Shown: positions 8,983 to 18,365, numbered from the stretch's first letter. The stretch: DNA of 32,000 nucleotides from Zymomonas mobilis subsp. mobilis ATCC 10988 (GCF_000175255.2 NC_017262.1:870001-902000), one strand, 5' to 3'. The notes: generated by a model from the letters alone, not told the origin. Translations and numbers: made by a program.

Positions 8983-10344
8983 ATGCTTAAAAATATCTGG
9001 AACCGGATGAGCAACCGACGACGCCTCCTTAGCGGGATGCTGCTTTTAGCCTGTATTAGTGCGCCGGTTGTTCTCAGGGATCGGGCGCATGTGCCTTTTG
9101 ATCAGGTCACAGGCACAAAACCGGTTCTAACCGAACCCAGATGGCATAGGCTTTGGCCGGTTTTCAATCCGGGGCGCTTTGTCGGCTGGTCGGACGATCA
9201 TAAAAAGCCAGAAACAGTTTCAGGTTTAAAAATATCGCTTTTTGCCGATAAACTGTTTCATCCCCAATGGATTTATCTGTTACCGAATGGTGATATTCTC
9301 GTTTCAGAATCCAACGCCCCGATTTCGTCTCGTCATAAACCGGGATTTCTCAAGCGCCTTTTCTGGCATCTTACTCGCCGTGAAAAGGATTCTTCACCGG
9401 ACAGGATTGTTTTGCTGCGCGATAGCAATCACGACGGGAAAGCTGACCAGAAAAGCATTTTCATCGACAATCTTCACTCCCCTTTTGGTATCGCCTTAAA
9501 AGGGGACAGGCTTTATGTCGCCACCAGCGATGCCATTCTCGCCTATCCCTATAAAGGCGGTGAAGATCATATCACCGCGCCAGCGCAGCAAATCACAACG
9601 CTTCCGGCAGGCGACATCAATCTGAACTGGACACGCAATATCCTTCTCAGTCCAGACGGGCGTTTCCTTTATGTGGCGGTTGGTTCTGCGACCAATATCG
9701 CGGATAAAGGCATGGCACTGGAAAAGGAACGCGCTGCGGTCTGGGAAATCGACCTGCAAAATAACAGTCACCGACTGTACACCACAGGCCTTCGGAATCC
9801 GGTCGGTATGGCCTTCCATCCAGAAACGAAGGCATTATGGTCAGTTGTCGATGAAAGAGATAATGTCGGCTCGGATATGGTGCCGGATTATCTGACCCAA
9901 CTGAATGAAGGTGATTATTACGGCTGGCCTCAATTTTATTGGGGCGGCTATCCCGACCGTCATTTCAAAAAGATCGACAAGCTGACACAAAGCACGGTGA
10001 CATGGCCGGATTATTCGCTCGGGGCGCATGTTGCTCCCTTGGCCTTGGTTTTTGCCCATGATCCGGCTTCTGGTCGGGTCAATCTTGGGGATAACTTCAA
10101 AAACGGTGCCTTTATTTCCGAACATGGCTCGCTCTATCGCTATCCATGGTCAGGCTATCAGGTCGTTTTTGTGCCTTTTAATGACAAAGGCGAAGCTACC
10201 GGAAAGCCGATCACGGTGGTCAAGGACTTCCGGCAAGGCAACAAGGTCTATGGTTTACCGGCCGGTATGACCGGCGATGCTTCCGGTGCCTTGTTGATTG
10301 CAGATGAAGCCAGCAACCGCATCTGGCGGCTGTCCAAAGACTAA
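8983..10344 (+). CDS. PQQ-dependent sugar (sorbosone) dehydrogenase-like beta-propeller protein with N-terminal hydrophobic anchor
   Basis: LPNGDILVSESNAP, LHSPFGIALKGDRLYVATSDAI, GLRNPVGMAFHP, VVDERDNVGSDMVPDYLT, EHGSLYR; N-terminal hydrophobic stretch LLSGMLLLACISAPVVL. Confidence 0.75.
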   Translation: MLKNIWNRMSNRRRLLSGMLLLACISAPVVLRDRAHVPFDQVTGTKPVLTEPRWHRLWPVFNPGRFVGWSDDHKKPETVSGLKISLFADKLFHPQWIYLLPNGDILVSESNAPISSRHKPGFLKRLFWHLTRREKDSSPDRIVLLRDSNHDGKADQKSIFIDNLHSPFGIALKGDRLYVATSDAILAYPYKGGEDHITAPAQQITTLPAGDINLNWTRNILLSPDGRFLYVAVGSATNIADKGMALEKERAAVWEIDLQNNSHRLYTTGLRNPVGMAFHPETKALWSVVDERDNVGSDMVPDYLTQLNEGDYYGWPQFYWGGYPDRHFKKIDKLTQSTVTWPDYSLGAHVAPLALVFAHDPASGRVNLGDNFKNGAFISEHGSLYRYPWSGYQVVFVPFNDKGEATGKPITVVKDFRQGNKVYGLPAGMTGDASGALLIADEASNRIWRLSKD

Positions 10345-10582
10345 CCGACAATCCGGCAAGAATCTCCGACTCTTTGGTCTTTTCTGTTTTTCCTGTCAGA
10401 GGCGATGCCTGACAGGAAATCAGAAGCCATAGCCAAGGCGGGCTTTATCAAACGGTGTCTCTTACTATTTCGCTTATAAACGACGTCATGCTTTTGCCGC
10501 AGAGATAAACCGACGTCTAAAAGTCGGCTAGACCGTCTGTCACCCCATCAAAAACATGCCTATCGTGGGATAAACAGCCTGC

Positions 10583-11230
10583 CTAACGGGCTATTGCATC
10601 AAATAAAAAGATACCCGTCATATCTGCCATCCGGTGACGATAGCGATCAACTTTATCGGGATAGCGAACCCCCTTCACCAAAGACAGACTGCGTAGTTGG
10701 GCAAATAAATGAATATCATCGGTCGATAACTGACCATTGACCGCTTCCGGTGACTGAATAAGCGGTTCCAACTGCTCCAAACTATCTTCATAACGTTGAA
10801 TCAGGCGTGGCGTTTCTTTGATACATTGATCGAAACTACCGACCTCGCCTTCTTTGCGGCGAATAAAATAGCGTCTTGCCGCTTGGGTAGCGAATTCTGG
10901 CAAAGGAGCCATCACCGCCCTCGGATAAAGCAAAGAATAAATACCCGAAAAGCTGTGCATAGCGCGTAAAACGGCCGGATTCCGCGCTCCCGTTAAAAGA
11001 GGACGGCCTTTTTCTTGGTCGATATATTGGACGATATCCATACTCTCGCCCATAAAATGGCCATTTTCTTCCAAAATCGGCACCAGCTTATAACCGGTCA
11101 TGCGGATCGGCTGCGCTTCGTCATTATGCTGCAAGATAACCTGATCGAAAGCTAAATCTTTCAATCCAAAAATCATCCGTGCTTTCACACAGAAAGGACA
11201 ATGTTCATAGATATAGAGCTTCAAATTCAT
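10583..11230 (-). CDS. grxB: Glutaredoxin 2-like (GrxB) protein
   Basis: MNLKLYIYEHCPFCVKARMIFGLK with CPFC active site, VPILEENG...MGESMDIVQYID and a C-terminal GST-like domain. Start placed at the internal ATG rather than the track start at 11254. Confidence 0.88.
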   Translation of the reverse strand: MNLKLYIYEHCPFCVKARMIFGLKDLAFDQVILQHNDEAQPIRMTGYKLVPILEENGHFMGESMDIVQYIDQEKGRPLLTGARNPAVLRAMHSFSGIYSLLYPRAVMAPLPEFATQAARRYFIRRKEGEVGSFDQCIKETPRLIQRYEDSLEQLEPLIQSPEAVNGQLSTDDIHLFAQLRSLSLVKGVRYPDKVDRYRHRMADMTGIFLFDAIAR

Positions 11231-11379
11231 GAGCCGACCCGCCTTATTGACCATCTCAAACAGGCGGACATTCTACCCCGCAAGGCAACAATATTTAAGA
11301 CAGAAATCACTTTCCTCAAAAAGCTCTCAAAGTTTTTTGACAACAGGAAAGAGCAAGAGCATGCACCCCATCGACAGAA

Positions 11380-11817
11380 TTATAAATCTTCCGGCGACAA
11401 TCCCAAGGCTTCACGGGCGCGTTGACCAAGATCAAGCCCATTGATAACTTCAACCATATGGAAAGGATCGATTTCGGTAACTCGTTTCCCTTCGCGGCTT
11501 TCTTTATAATAGGAAAGTTTCAAAACAGCTTTGCCATTTTCCTTTTTCAGAACGCCTCTTCCGATAATCTCGACCGAAGGACTGCGTAACGAAAGTTTGG
11601 TAAAGCCTTTCTGCCGCACCGCTTCAACAAGGGCATCCTCCGCCGAAAAAGCTAAAATCCCTAAACTCGCCAAAGTCACTTCATCGGCAATAGAGGGATC
11701 ATCAGACGGTATTTTTTTATAAACTGGCTCTGGCAATGATACCTCCGAAACCACGCCCAGAAGGTCATTTTCGGCATTAAAAAGCTGCATAACATCGAAA
11801 TCTTGTGAAGCGTCCAT
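11380..11817 (-). CDS. Hypothetical protein (about 145 aa), family not recognised
   Basis: Uninterrupted ORF with balanced amino-acid composition and a plausible ATG; no recognised motif. Confidence 0.6.
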   Translation of the reverse strand: MDASQDFDVMQLFNAENDLLGVVSEVSLPEPVYKKIPSDDPSIADEVTLASLGILAFSAEDALVEAVRQKGFTKLSLRSPSVEIIGRGVLKKENGKAVLKLSYYKESREGKRVTEIDPFHMVEVINGLDLGQRAREALGLSPEDL

Positions 11818-12081
11818 CTTCCGGCCTTAACTGGGTTGTCGTGATGCCCTTTGCAGAAATTCTCTTTACCAAAGGAGAGTCCCCCTTTGGATTTCCATTT
11901 CTCAGAAACACCCTAAATATGACATAAATAACATATTTACACAAATAAAAGAAAATTTATAATAAAAAGGGTGATTAGGCTGTTCTTTTTATAAAAAACA
12001 GAAACCTTGTTTCGAGCAAAAAAAACTCTGCTAATCAAAAAGATAAGAGCCGCCTCTTGCCCGAACAAAAGGCTATTTATC

Positions 12082-13209
12082 CTATCCCGCCGAATTCAGT
12101 TTTTTCACTGGAAAGCTAGGATGCTTATCCAACCAAGATTGTGCCTCTTTTTTGGCCTCGGCAATCTGGGCAGGGGTCATCATTTTACTTAAAACCTGAC
12201 AATTATTTTCGGCATTTTTTAGACCCAGACCGGCTGCCAGACTGAACCACATATAGGCATCCACATCATTTCGAGCAGCCCCCTCGCCCAAATGCGCCAT
12301 TTTACCCAACATAAACAAGGCAACGACATCACCCTGCGCTGCCGCTTTCTGATACCAGAGGACGGCCTCTTTATAATTCTGGGATTTGCCTTTGGCCTGA
12401 TGGTAAAGGAGGCTTGCCAAATTCAACTGCGCTTTCACAAAGCCTTGATCGGCGGCCTTCTGATACCAAGCCAAAGCGATCTTCTGATCCTGAACAACAC
12501 CTTGGCCTTTTTCATAAAGATAGGCGATATTATATTCGGCAGCCGGAAATTTCTGATCGGCGGCCTTCTGATACCAAGTCGCAGCAGTCGCCATATCTTG
12601 GGTTACGCCCTGCCCCTGACTATACATCACGCCCAAATTATATTCAGCCAAAGCATAGCCTTGGGCAGCCGCTTTTTGATACCAGATAGCGGCTGTTTTA
12701 TACTCTTGGGCTGTGCCAAGGCCTTGATAATACATATCGCCCAAATTGGTTTGGGCAACTTTGTCGCCTTGCCCTGCCGCACGCTGTAACCAAGTCAAAG
12801 CGGCCTGAAAATTCTGGGGGACACCGACACCATATTGATACATGCTGCCCACATTATTTTCAGCCTTCACAAAACCCTGATCGGCGGCTTTCTGATACCA
12901 TGAAAAAGCGGTTTTATAATTTCTAGCTACGCCCTTTCCCCGTTCATACAATGCCCCCAAATAAAATTGGGCTTCGGCATGACCGAGATCCGCAGCCTTC
13001 TGAAAATACTCTCTGGCTTGGCTGTAGCTCTGGGCAACATTATGTCCGTGATAATAGCGAAGACCAGATTCAAAATTGTCATTTGCCTTTTTGACATCTG
13101 TCGTTTTCACCGCTGCATAAAGCGGGAAAGATGTCACCGGCGTTAAAGCCACCAATAATGGCAACCAGATATTTTTCTGAAAAAACAAGCTTCTTGTCGT
13201 CAGTATCAC
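12082..13209 (-). CDS. Exported Sel1/TPR-like repeat protein
   Basis: Signal-peptide-like N-terminus (NIWLPLLVALTPVTSFPLYAA) followed by repeated AAxWYQKAAxQGxxxAxxNLGxMYxxGxG units of about 36 aa. Confidence 0.9.
   Translation of the reverse strand: MILTTRSLFFQKNIWLPLLVALTPVTSFPLYAAVKTTDVKKANDNFESGLRYYHGHNVAQSYSQAREYFQKAADLGHAEAQFYLGALYERGKGVARNYKTAFSWYQKAADQGFVKAENNVGSMYQYGVGVPQNFQAALTWLQRAAGQGDKVAQTNLGDMYYQGLGTAQEYKTAAIWYQKAAAQGYALAEYNLGVMYSQGQGVTQDMATAATWYQKAADQKFPAAEYNIAYLYEKGQGVVQDQKIALAWYQKAADQGFVKAQLNLASLLYHQAKGKSQNYKEAVLWYQKAAAQGDVVALFMLGKMAHLGEGAARNDVDAYMWFSLAAGLGLKNAENNCQVLSKMMTPAQIAEAKKEAQSWLDKHPSFPVKKLNSAG
12447..12902 (-). repeat. Sel1 coding repeats visible at DNA level with 108-bp periodicity
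   Basis: gatcggcggccttctgataccaag occurs at 12447-12470 and 12555-12578, and a near-identical copy (gatcggcggctttctgatacca) starts at 12879; spacings are 108 and 324 = 3x108 nt. Confidence 0.85.
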
Positions 13210-13551
13210 GGTTACACCCCTATTTTTTCAGAAACCGGAATAAAAGATACCGTCATCTTTCTGGCATGACAGAATAACAAGCTGTCTCAAAAAGATAACC
13301 CATGATAACTACCGACCATAGGCAAAATACAAATTATCGAGAACTGTGTTTTTGTTACCTGAACAAGATAATCTCCAGATCAAAAAACACATAATATCCG
13401 ATTTTCGCGACAGAATAAGGCGCTTACAATATTTCAAAAATGAAGATTTTTGTTTTTTCAAATCATAAAAATATATCAACAAAAAAAGACTTTTTATGGG
13501 ATAGATAAAGCCTAATTTATTGAAATTTTAAAACAAATAATGATTTCTAAA

Positions 13552-13821
13552 TTACCAAAGCCGCATCAAAATCACGCCCCAATTTTTGAAACTGCCCTCA
13601 AATTCCTTTTCATCTGCATCAATCTTGTCTTTTTTCTGATTGCCCAAAAAGGCTTTTAAATCAGGCGATAACGGCCTTTTTGGGTTCTTTTCAATAAATC
13701 GAAGAAAACGATAACTGTAAAAAAAAGTTTGATAATGAAACGGATTATCATTAGCAATTTCGTCATTATGAAAAGATCGACTCAATATAGAGAAAGAAAT
13801 GATACTTTGTATCATAAGCAT
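13552..13821 (-). CDS. Hypothetical short ORF (89 aa), doubtful
   Basis: Only sizeable ORF in an AT-rich intergenic stretch; lysine-rich, no recognised motif. Confidence 0.3.
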   Translation of the reverse strand: MLMIQSIISFSILSRSFHNDEIANDNPFHYQTFFYSYRFLRFIEKNPKRPLSPDLKAFLGNQKKDKIDADEKEFEGSFKNWGVILMRLW

Positions 13822-13900
13822 AGCAAAAACAATAATGACGGATTCTTTTGAATGCTCCAGTCAATATCGCTTCTCATTTCTTGAAAGGCAAAAAGAAATC

Positions 13901-13923
13901 AAAGGCCAATCAGCCTTTTTATT
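13901..13923 (+). terminator. Terminator-like hairpin upstream of the porin gene
   Basis: AAAGGC-caatca-GCCTTT followed by ttattt on the plus strand. Confidence 0.45.
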
Positions 13924-14104
13924 TAAACGATACTAAATAATAAAGATTATCTTTTTTATTATTTCTTGATCAAATAGAAGGAAAATAAATATGATGCTCA
14001 TTGACAGGGATAATGCTCAAAAGCACATCGCCTTCTTGAAAACAGATTTATTTTCAAATTCTATTTCCGAAAAGAGAAAAAAGATAATATGTACAGCTTG
14101 TTCT

Positions 14105-15652
14105 ATGAATCATGCAAAAACTGATTGTCTCAAGACCTGTTTGCTTATGGCAAGCAGCTTATTTCTTCTTCCCTGCGCCACGGCTGCGACAGCCTCTTCT
14201 TACGACCAACCCGATACCCAAATACAAAGAGACAGCGCCAAATTAGGCAATTCAACACCCGCGGTCAGCCAAATCGACCCCGCCGCAGCCCGAGATTCAA
14301 AAACCGCAATCCCCTCACCTACCGCCGATAACAAAGATACGCTCGACACCAGCGGCAACCTCCTCGGTGATATGGGCGGGCTTCGGACATGGCTCTATAA
14401 ATACGGCATTACATTTGATCTCGAAGAATATGACGAATTATGGGGTAATGTTTCCGGTGGTACCGGCGGCAAGCCCGCTTATGAAGGGGTCACCGCTCCG
14501 ACTATTCGGGTTGATCTTGAAAAACTGATTGGCCTCAAAGGCGGCCTTTTCAATGTCAGCGCACTGCAAACCCGTGGGCGCTCGATCAGTCAGGAACAAC
14601 TTTCCGTCTATAACCCTGTCAGCGGCTTTGAAGCAGACCGCTCCACCCGCTTATTTGAATTATGGTATCAACAAAGTTTCTTCCATGACAAATTAGACAT
14701 CAAAATCGGGCAGCAAGATCTCTATACAGAATTTTTAATCAGCGATTACGGCGCGCTCTATTTGAACGCTAATTTCGGTTGGCCAATGGCACCTTCCGTC
14801 AATCTCTATGGTGGCGGGCCCGCATGGCCGTTGGCTTCTCCCGCCATCCGCTTCCGCTATCGCCCGACCAACCAGCTTACCGTTCTCTTTGCGGCTGCCG
14901 ATGACAATCCTTCCGGCCACAGCTTTTACAACAGCGCAGATCCCACCAATCAAAGCGTCCATAAAGACGGTGCCAATTTCAATATGGGCGGCGGCGCGCT
15001 TTTGATTGCGGAATTACAATATGCCATCAATCCGCAACCGGATGATATGTCCACGGTTACCGAAAATCCGGGCTTACCGGGTATCTATCGCTTGGGCGGA
15101 TTTTATGACACTGGACGTTTTCCCGACCAACGTTACGATACCAATGGTAATTTGCTCGCTTCACCAGACAGCAACGGCAATGCCCGAATGCATCGTGGCA
15201 ACTGGATGATTTACGGTATTGTCGATCAAATGATCTGGCGGCCTTCTTTGGGGTCTCCAACCTCTCTTGGGGTCTTTGTTCGCCCGACTTTTAATATGGG
15301 CGACCGCAATATGGTTTCTTTTGCGATTGATGCTGGTCTCAATCTCAAAGCACCCTTTAAAGGACGCAATAATGACACCGTTGGACTGGCATGGGGTATG
15401 GGACGAACCAGTTCAGGCCAGCGTGCTTATGACCGCGATCTCCGTTATTTCAATGGGGGACGCTATCAACCGATCAGCGGCAATGAACATCATATAGAGC
15501 TGACTTATCAGGCACAAATCACGCCTTGGATGGTGCTACAACCTGATCTGCAATATATCATCAACCCATCGGGGGGCGTGCTTAATACGAATACCTATAA
15601 AAAGGTCGGCAACGAAGTTGTCTTCGGCCTACACAGCAATATCAGCTTCTAA
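14105..15652 (+). CDS. OprB-family carbohydrate-selective porin
   Basis: Signal-like MNHAKTDCLKTCLLMASSLFLLPCATAATA, TYGITFDLEEYDELWGNVSGG, VDLEKLIGLKGGLFNVSALQTRG, LYELWYQQSFF-type strands and a terminal aromatic residue (NISF). The ATG at 14105 fits the signal peptide better than the track start at 13991. Confidence 0.85.
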   Translation: MNHAKTDCLKTCLLMASSLFLLPCATAATASSYDQPDTQIQRDSAKLGNSTPAVSQIDPAAARDSKTAIPSPTADNKDTLDTSGNLLGDMGGLRTWLYKYGITFDLEEYDELWGNVSGGTGGKPAYEGVTAPTIRVDLEKLIGLKGGLFNVSALQTRGRSISQEQLSVYNPVSGFEADRSTRLFELWYQQSFFHDKLDIKIGQQDLYTEFLISDYGALYLNANFGWPMAPSVNLYGGGPAWPLASPAIRFRYRPTNQLTVLFAAADDNPSGHSFYNSADPTNQSVHKDGANFNMGGGALLIAELQYAINPQPDDMSTVTENPGLPGIYRLGGFYDTGRFPDQRYDTNGNLLASPDSNGNARMHRGNWMIYGIVDQMIWRPSLGSPTSLGVFVRPTFNMGDRNMVSFAIDAGLNLKAPFKGRNNDTVGLAWGMGRTSSGQRAYDRDLRYFNGGRYQPISGNEHHIELTYQAQITPWMVLQPDLQYIINPSGGVLNTNTYKKVGNEVVFGLHSNISF

Positions 15653-15661
15653 AAAGTACCC

Positions 15662-15705
15662 TTTTCAATCTGGTGCTTCTCACCTTTTCAGCACCGGATT
15701 GGAAA
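15662..15705 (+). other. Long stem-loop immediately 3' of the porin gene
   Basis: TTTTCAATCTGGTGCT-tctcaccttttc-AGCACCGGATTGGAAA, 16-bp stem with two G:U pairs in RNA; no U-tract follows. Confidence 0.7.
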
Positions 15706-15917
15706 GAAAACCAAAAATCACGCCCCCATAAAAGCGGTATCCTATCCAAAAAAAACCAAGATATTTTGCCTTTTTCCAAGAGACATTGGCACATTCAAAT
15801 ATTTACCGCCAAAGAAAGAATATGATAGACTTAGAAAATCGCTACCCTTTTTAATAGGGCAGGCTTTTTTCAAGCAAAGACTAAAAATAGTCCTGCTTTT
15901 TCAGCTTAGGATGCCTC

Positions 15918-16886
15918 ATGAAACAGCGCCCGTTAGGAAAGACCGGATTCCAGATTGCCCCGATTATTTTTGGCGGCAATGTTTTCGGCTGGACAGTCGA
16001 TGAAAAACGTAGCTTTGCGCTGTTGGATGCGTGGATTGATGCCGGTTTTAATGCCATTGATACCGCTGATATGTATTCGGCTTGGGTCGATGGGAATAAA
16101 GGCGGGGAATCCGAAAGCATCATCGGCCATTGGTTACAAGCCCATCCTTCCAAACGGGACAAGGTTCTTATTTTCACCAAGGTTGGCGGCGATTTCCGCG
16201 ATGAAAAACGAAAAGGTCTCAAAGCGGGCTATATCCGCCTCGCCGTCGAGGCCTCGTTGCAAAGACTGTCAATCGAAGCCATTGACCTTTACCAGTCGCA
16301 TTTTCCTGACGAAACCGTTGATGATGAAGAAACGCTCAGCGTTTACCAAGACCTCATCAAGGAAGGCAAAATCAGGGCAATCGGGGCTTCAAATTATACC
16401 GCCCCCCAGCTTGATCGCGCCTTGAAAATTGCCGCAGAGAAAAACCTTCCAGCTTATCAAACGCTGCAACCTGAATATAATCTTTATGACCGCTTCGGCT
16501 ATGAAGGTGCCGTTGCCGATCTCTGCCTTGACCATACAATCGGGGTAATCCCTTATTACAGTCTGGCTTCCGGCTTTTTATCAGGGAAATACCGTTCCGA
16601 AGCCGATCTCGGCCAAAGCCAACGCGGTGCAGGCATCAAAAAATATCTAAACCCTCGCGGAATGCGCATCTTGGCCGCGCTGGATGAGGTCTCAAAAGGA
16701 CAAAATGCCAAACCGGCAGAAATTGCCTTGGCATGGTTATTAACACGCCCTGCCATCACTGCCCCGATCGCCAGCGCGACCAGCATCGAACAAATGGCTA
16801 GCTTGAAAAAAGCCACTGAAATAAATCTGACACCCGATGAGGTTATACTGTTGAATGAGGCCAGTGCCGTTTTACCAACGGATTAA
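15918..16886 (+). CDS. Aldo/keto reductase family oxidoreductase
   Basis: MKQRPLGKTGFQIAPIIFGGNVFGW, DAGFNAIDTADMYSAW, IDLYQSHFPDETVDDEETL, IRAIGASNY, and an AKR C-terminus. Confidence 0.93.
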   Translation: MKQRPLGKTGFQIAPIIFGGNVFGWTVDEKRSFALLDAWIDAGFNAIDTADMYSAWVDGNKGGESESIIGHWLQAHPSKRDKVLIFTKVGGDFRDEKRKGLKAGYIRLAVEASLQRLSIEAIDLYQSHFPDETVDDEETLSVYQDLIKEGKIRAIGASNYTAPQLDRALKIAAEKNLPAYQTLQPEYNLYDRFGYEGAVADLCLDHTIGVIPYYSLASGFLSGKYRSEADLGQSQRGAGIKKYLNPRGMRILAALDEVSKGQNAKPAEIALAWLLTRPAITAPIASATSIEQMASLKKATEINLTPDEVILLNEASAVLPTD

Positions 16887-17022
16887 CGAAAACTACTTTT
16901 CTTCTGATACAGATTTTTTAATGGGGCGTTGTTCAGTCGAAAGTTTTTAACCGGCCTTGCGATCGAAAATAGACATTTTCTCATAGCATAAAAACAAGGG
17001 GCATCATCGGGATGGATAAGCT

Positions 17023-18324
17023 GTGAAATATTGGGCGATACTAGGCAGCCTCCTATGCGTTTCTTTGGGGAGCAATGCGCTCGCGGCGAAACATGAACCT
17101 CGTTATATGCTGGAAAAGGTGGTTGAACTAAGCCGCCATGGTGTCCGTCCCCCGACAGAAAAAGAGGCCGAAGAAATTGCCAGCGGCACAAATCGAAATT
17201 GGCCGGAATGGGTAACGCCTCTTGGGGAATTGACCGGTCACGGCTATGCCGCATCCCTTCTCAAAGCGCGGTATGAAGGGGAATATTACCGGAAAACCGG
17301 CCTGTTAAAATCCGGCTGTGGCCTTTCGAAAGATGTCTATATCTGGAGCAGTCCAGTCGAACGCTCAAAAGCCACCGCCTTAGCCTATGTGGATGGGATG
17401 TTTCCGGCTTGTAATATCCCTATCCATTATAGCGATATGGATTCAGACTATCTTTTCCATTTTAATAAATTGGTGCCGCCTAATAGCGCCCCCGATCAAG
17501 CCAAAGCTGAAATAGAACAAATTTTGGGAAGCAATCTCGCCACAGCACGGCAAAGAATGCAGCCTGAGATAGCACGGCTTCGGGCAGCCGTCTGTATCGC
17601 CGGAAAAAGCTGCCCGATATTCGATACCCCTTGGCAAATAAAAACCAAGGATAAAGGCGGTATATCCGTTACCGGTCTCGAAAGCTTGGCCAGTATAGGG
17701 CAGGTGCTGTTACTCGAATATAGCGAAAACAAACCCCTTTCCGAGGTTGCTTTTGGAAAAGCCCCCGACGCCGCGACAATCGGCGCTTTGTTATCGCTAC
17801 AGACGCTCCGCTATGATGTCGGAAATGATCGCCTTTCGGCTGCCAGACAAGGTGGATCAGTTTTATTAAATCAAATCCGCATGGCACTGGAATTGGGAAC
17901 AGGCAGCGCGTCAAGCACGGGCAGACAAGCCATTGCAGGGCCTCCAGATGTCGCTTATTTGCTCTATGTTGCCCATGATACCAATATCGCCTTTATCAGA
18001 CGCTTATTATCTTTCACATGGCAAGTCGGCGAATATCCTCGCGGCAATATCCCACCCAGCAGTAGCCTCGTTTTTGAAAGATGGCAGGACCGCGTAACGA
18101 AAAAACGCTTTATCCGGCTTTATTTTCAAACTCAGACGCTCGACCAAACGCGATCACTCACGCCGCTCGATCAACGTCATCCTCTGCTGACAGCCGAATT
18201 TAAAAAACCGGATTGTCAAAAGACCAAGGTCGGGACGCTTTGTCCTTTCGATGGCATGATTGCTCAAATGAACCAAGCGATTGATTATTCGACTGTTGCT
18301 ATCGCTGCCCATCCGGTAAAGTAA
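17023..18324 (+). CDS. Exported histidine acid phosphatase (phytase/glucose-1-phosphatase-like)
   Basis: Signal peptide MKYWAILGSLLCVSLGSNALAA, catalytic ELSRHGVRPPTEKE (RHGxRxP) and a distal LLYVAHDTNIAFI (HD) motif; GTG start preceded by a purine-rich RBS-like stretch. Confidence 0.9.
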   Translation: MKYWAILGSLLCVSLGSNALAAKHEPRYMLEKVVELSRHGVRPPTEKEAEEIASGTNRNWPEWVTPLGELTGHGYAASLLKARYEGEYYRKTGLLKSGCGLSKDVYIWSSPVERSKATALAYVDGMFPACNIPIHYSDMDSDYLFHFNKLVPPNSAPDQAKAEIEQILGSNLATARQRMQPEIARLRAAVCIAGKSCPIFDTPWQIKTKDKGGISVTGLESLASIGQVLLLEYSENKPLSEVAFGKAPDAATIGALLSLQTLRYDVGNDRLSAARQGGSVLLNQIRMALELGTGSASSTGRQAIAGPPDVAYLLYVAHDTNIAFIRRLLSFTWQVGEYPRGNIPPSSSLVFERWQDRVTKKRFIRLYFQTQTLDQTRSLTPLDQRHPLLTAEFKKPDCQKTKVGTLCPFDGMIAQMNQAIDYSTVAIAAHPVK

Positions 18325-18365
18325 CGCCCCTTTTTGAATTTTCATTCGGGGTGTCAAAAAATATT

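Noticed and set aside
10439-10531. Basic peptide-like frame RALSNGVSYYFAYKRRHAFAAEINRRLKVG after the inverted repeat
   Set aside because: Only 30 codons, no start codon, upstream stop close by, no family recognised; too weak to call a gene fragment without a search.
12292-12789. 165-aa plus-strand ORF with repeating GGLLIPS motifs
   Set aside because: It is the antisense shadow of the 108-bp Sel1 repeats on the minus strand; the periodicity comes from the real gene.
16883-17254. 123-aa minus-strand ORF
   Set aside because: Largely antisense to the phosphatase signal peptide and 5' region; no recognisable domain.
18326-18354. ACGCCCC ... GGGGTGT inverted repeat between the phosphatase and the small ORF
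   Set aside because: Large loop, one wobble pair, no U-tract; it overlaps the likely RBS and could be chance.
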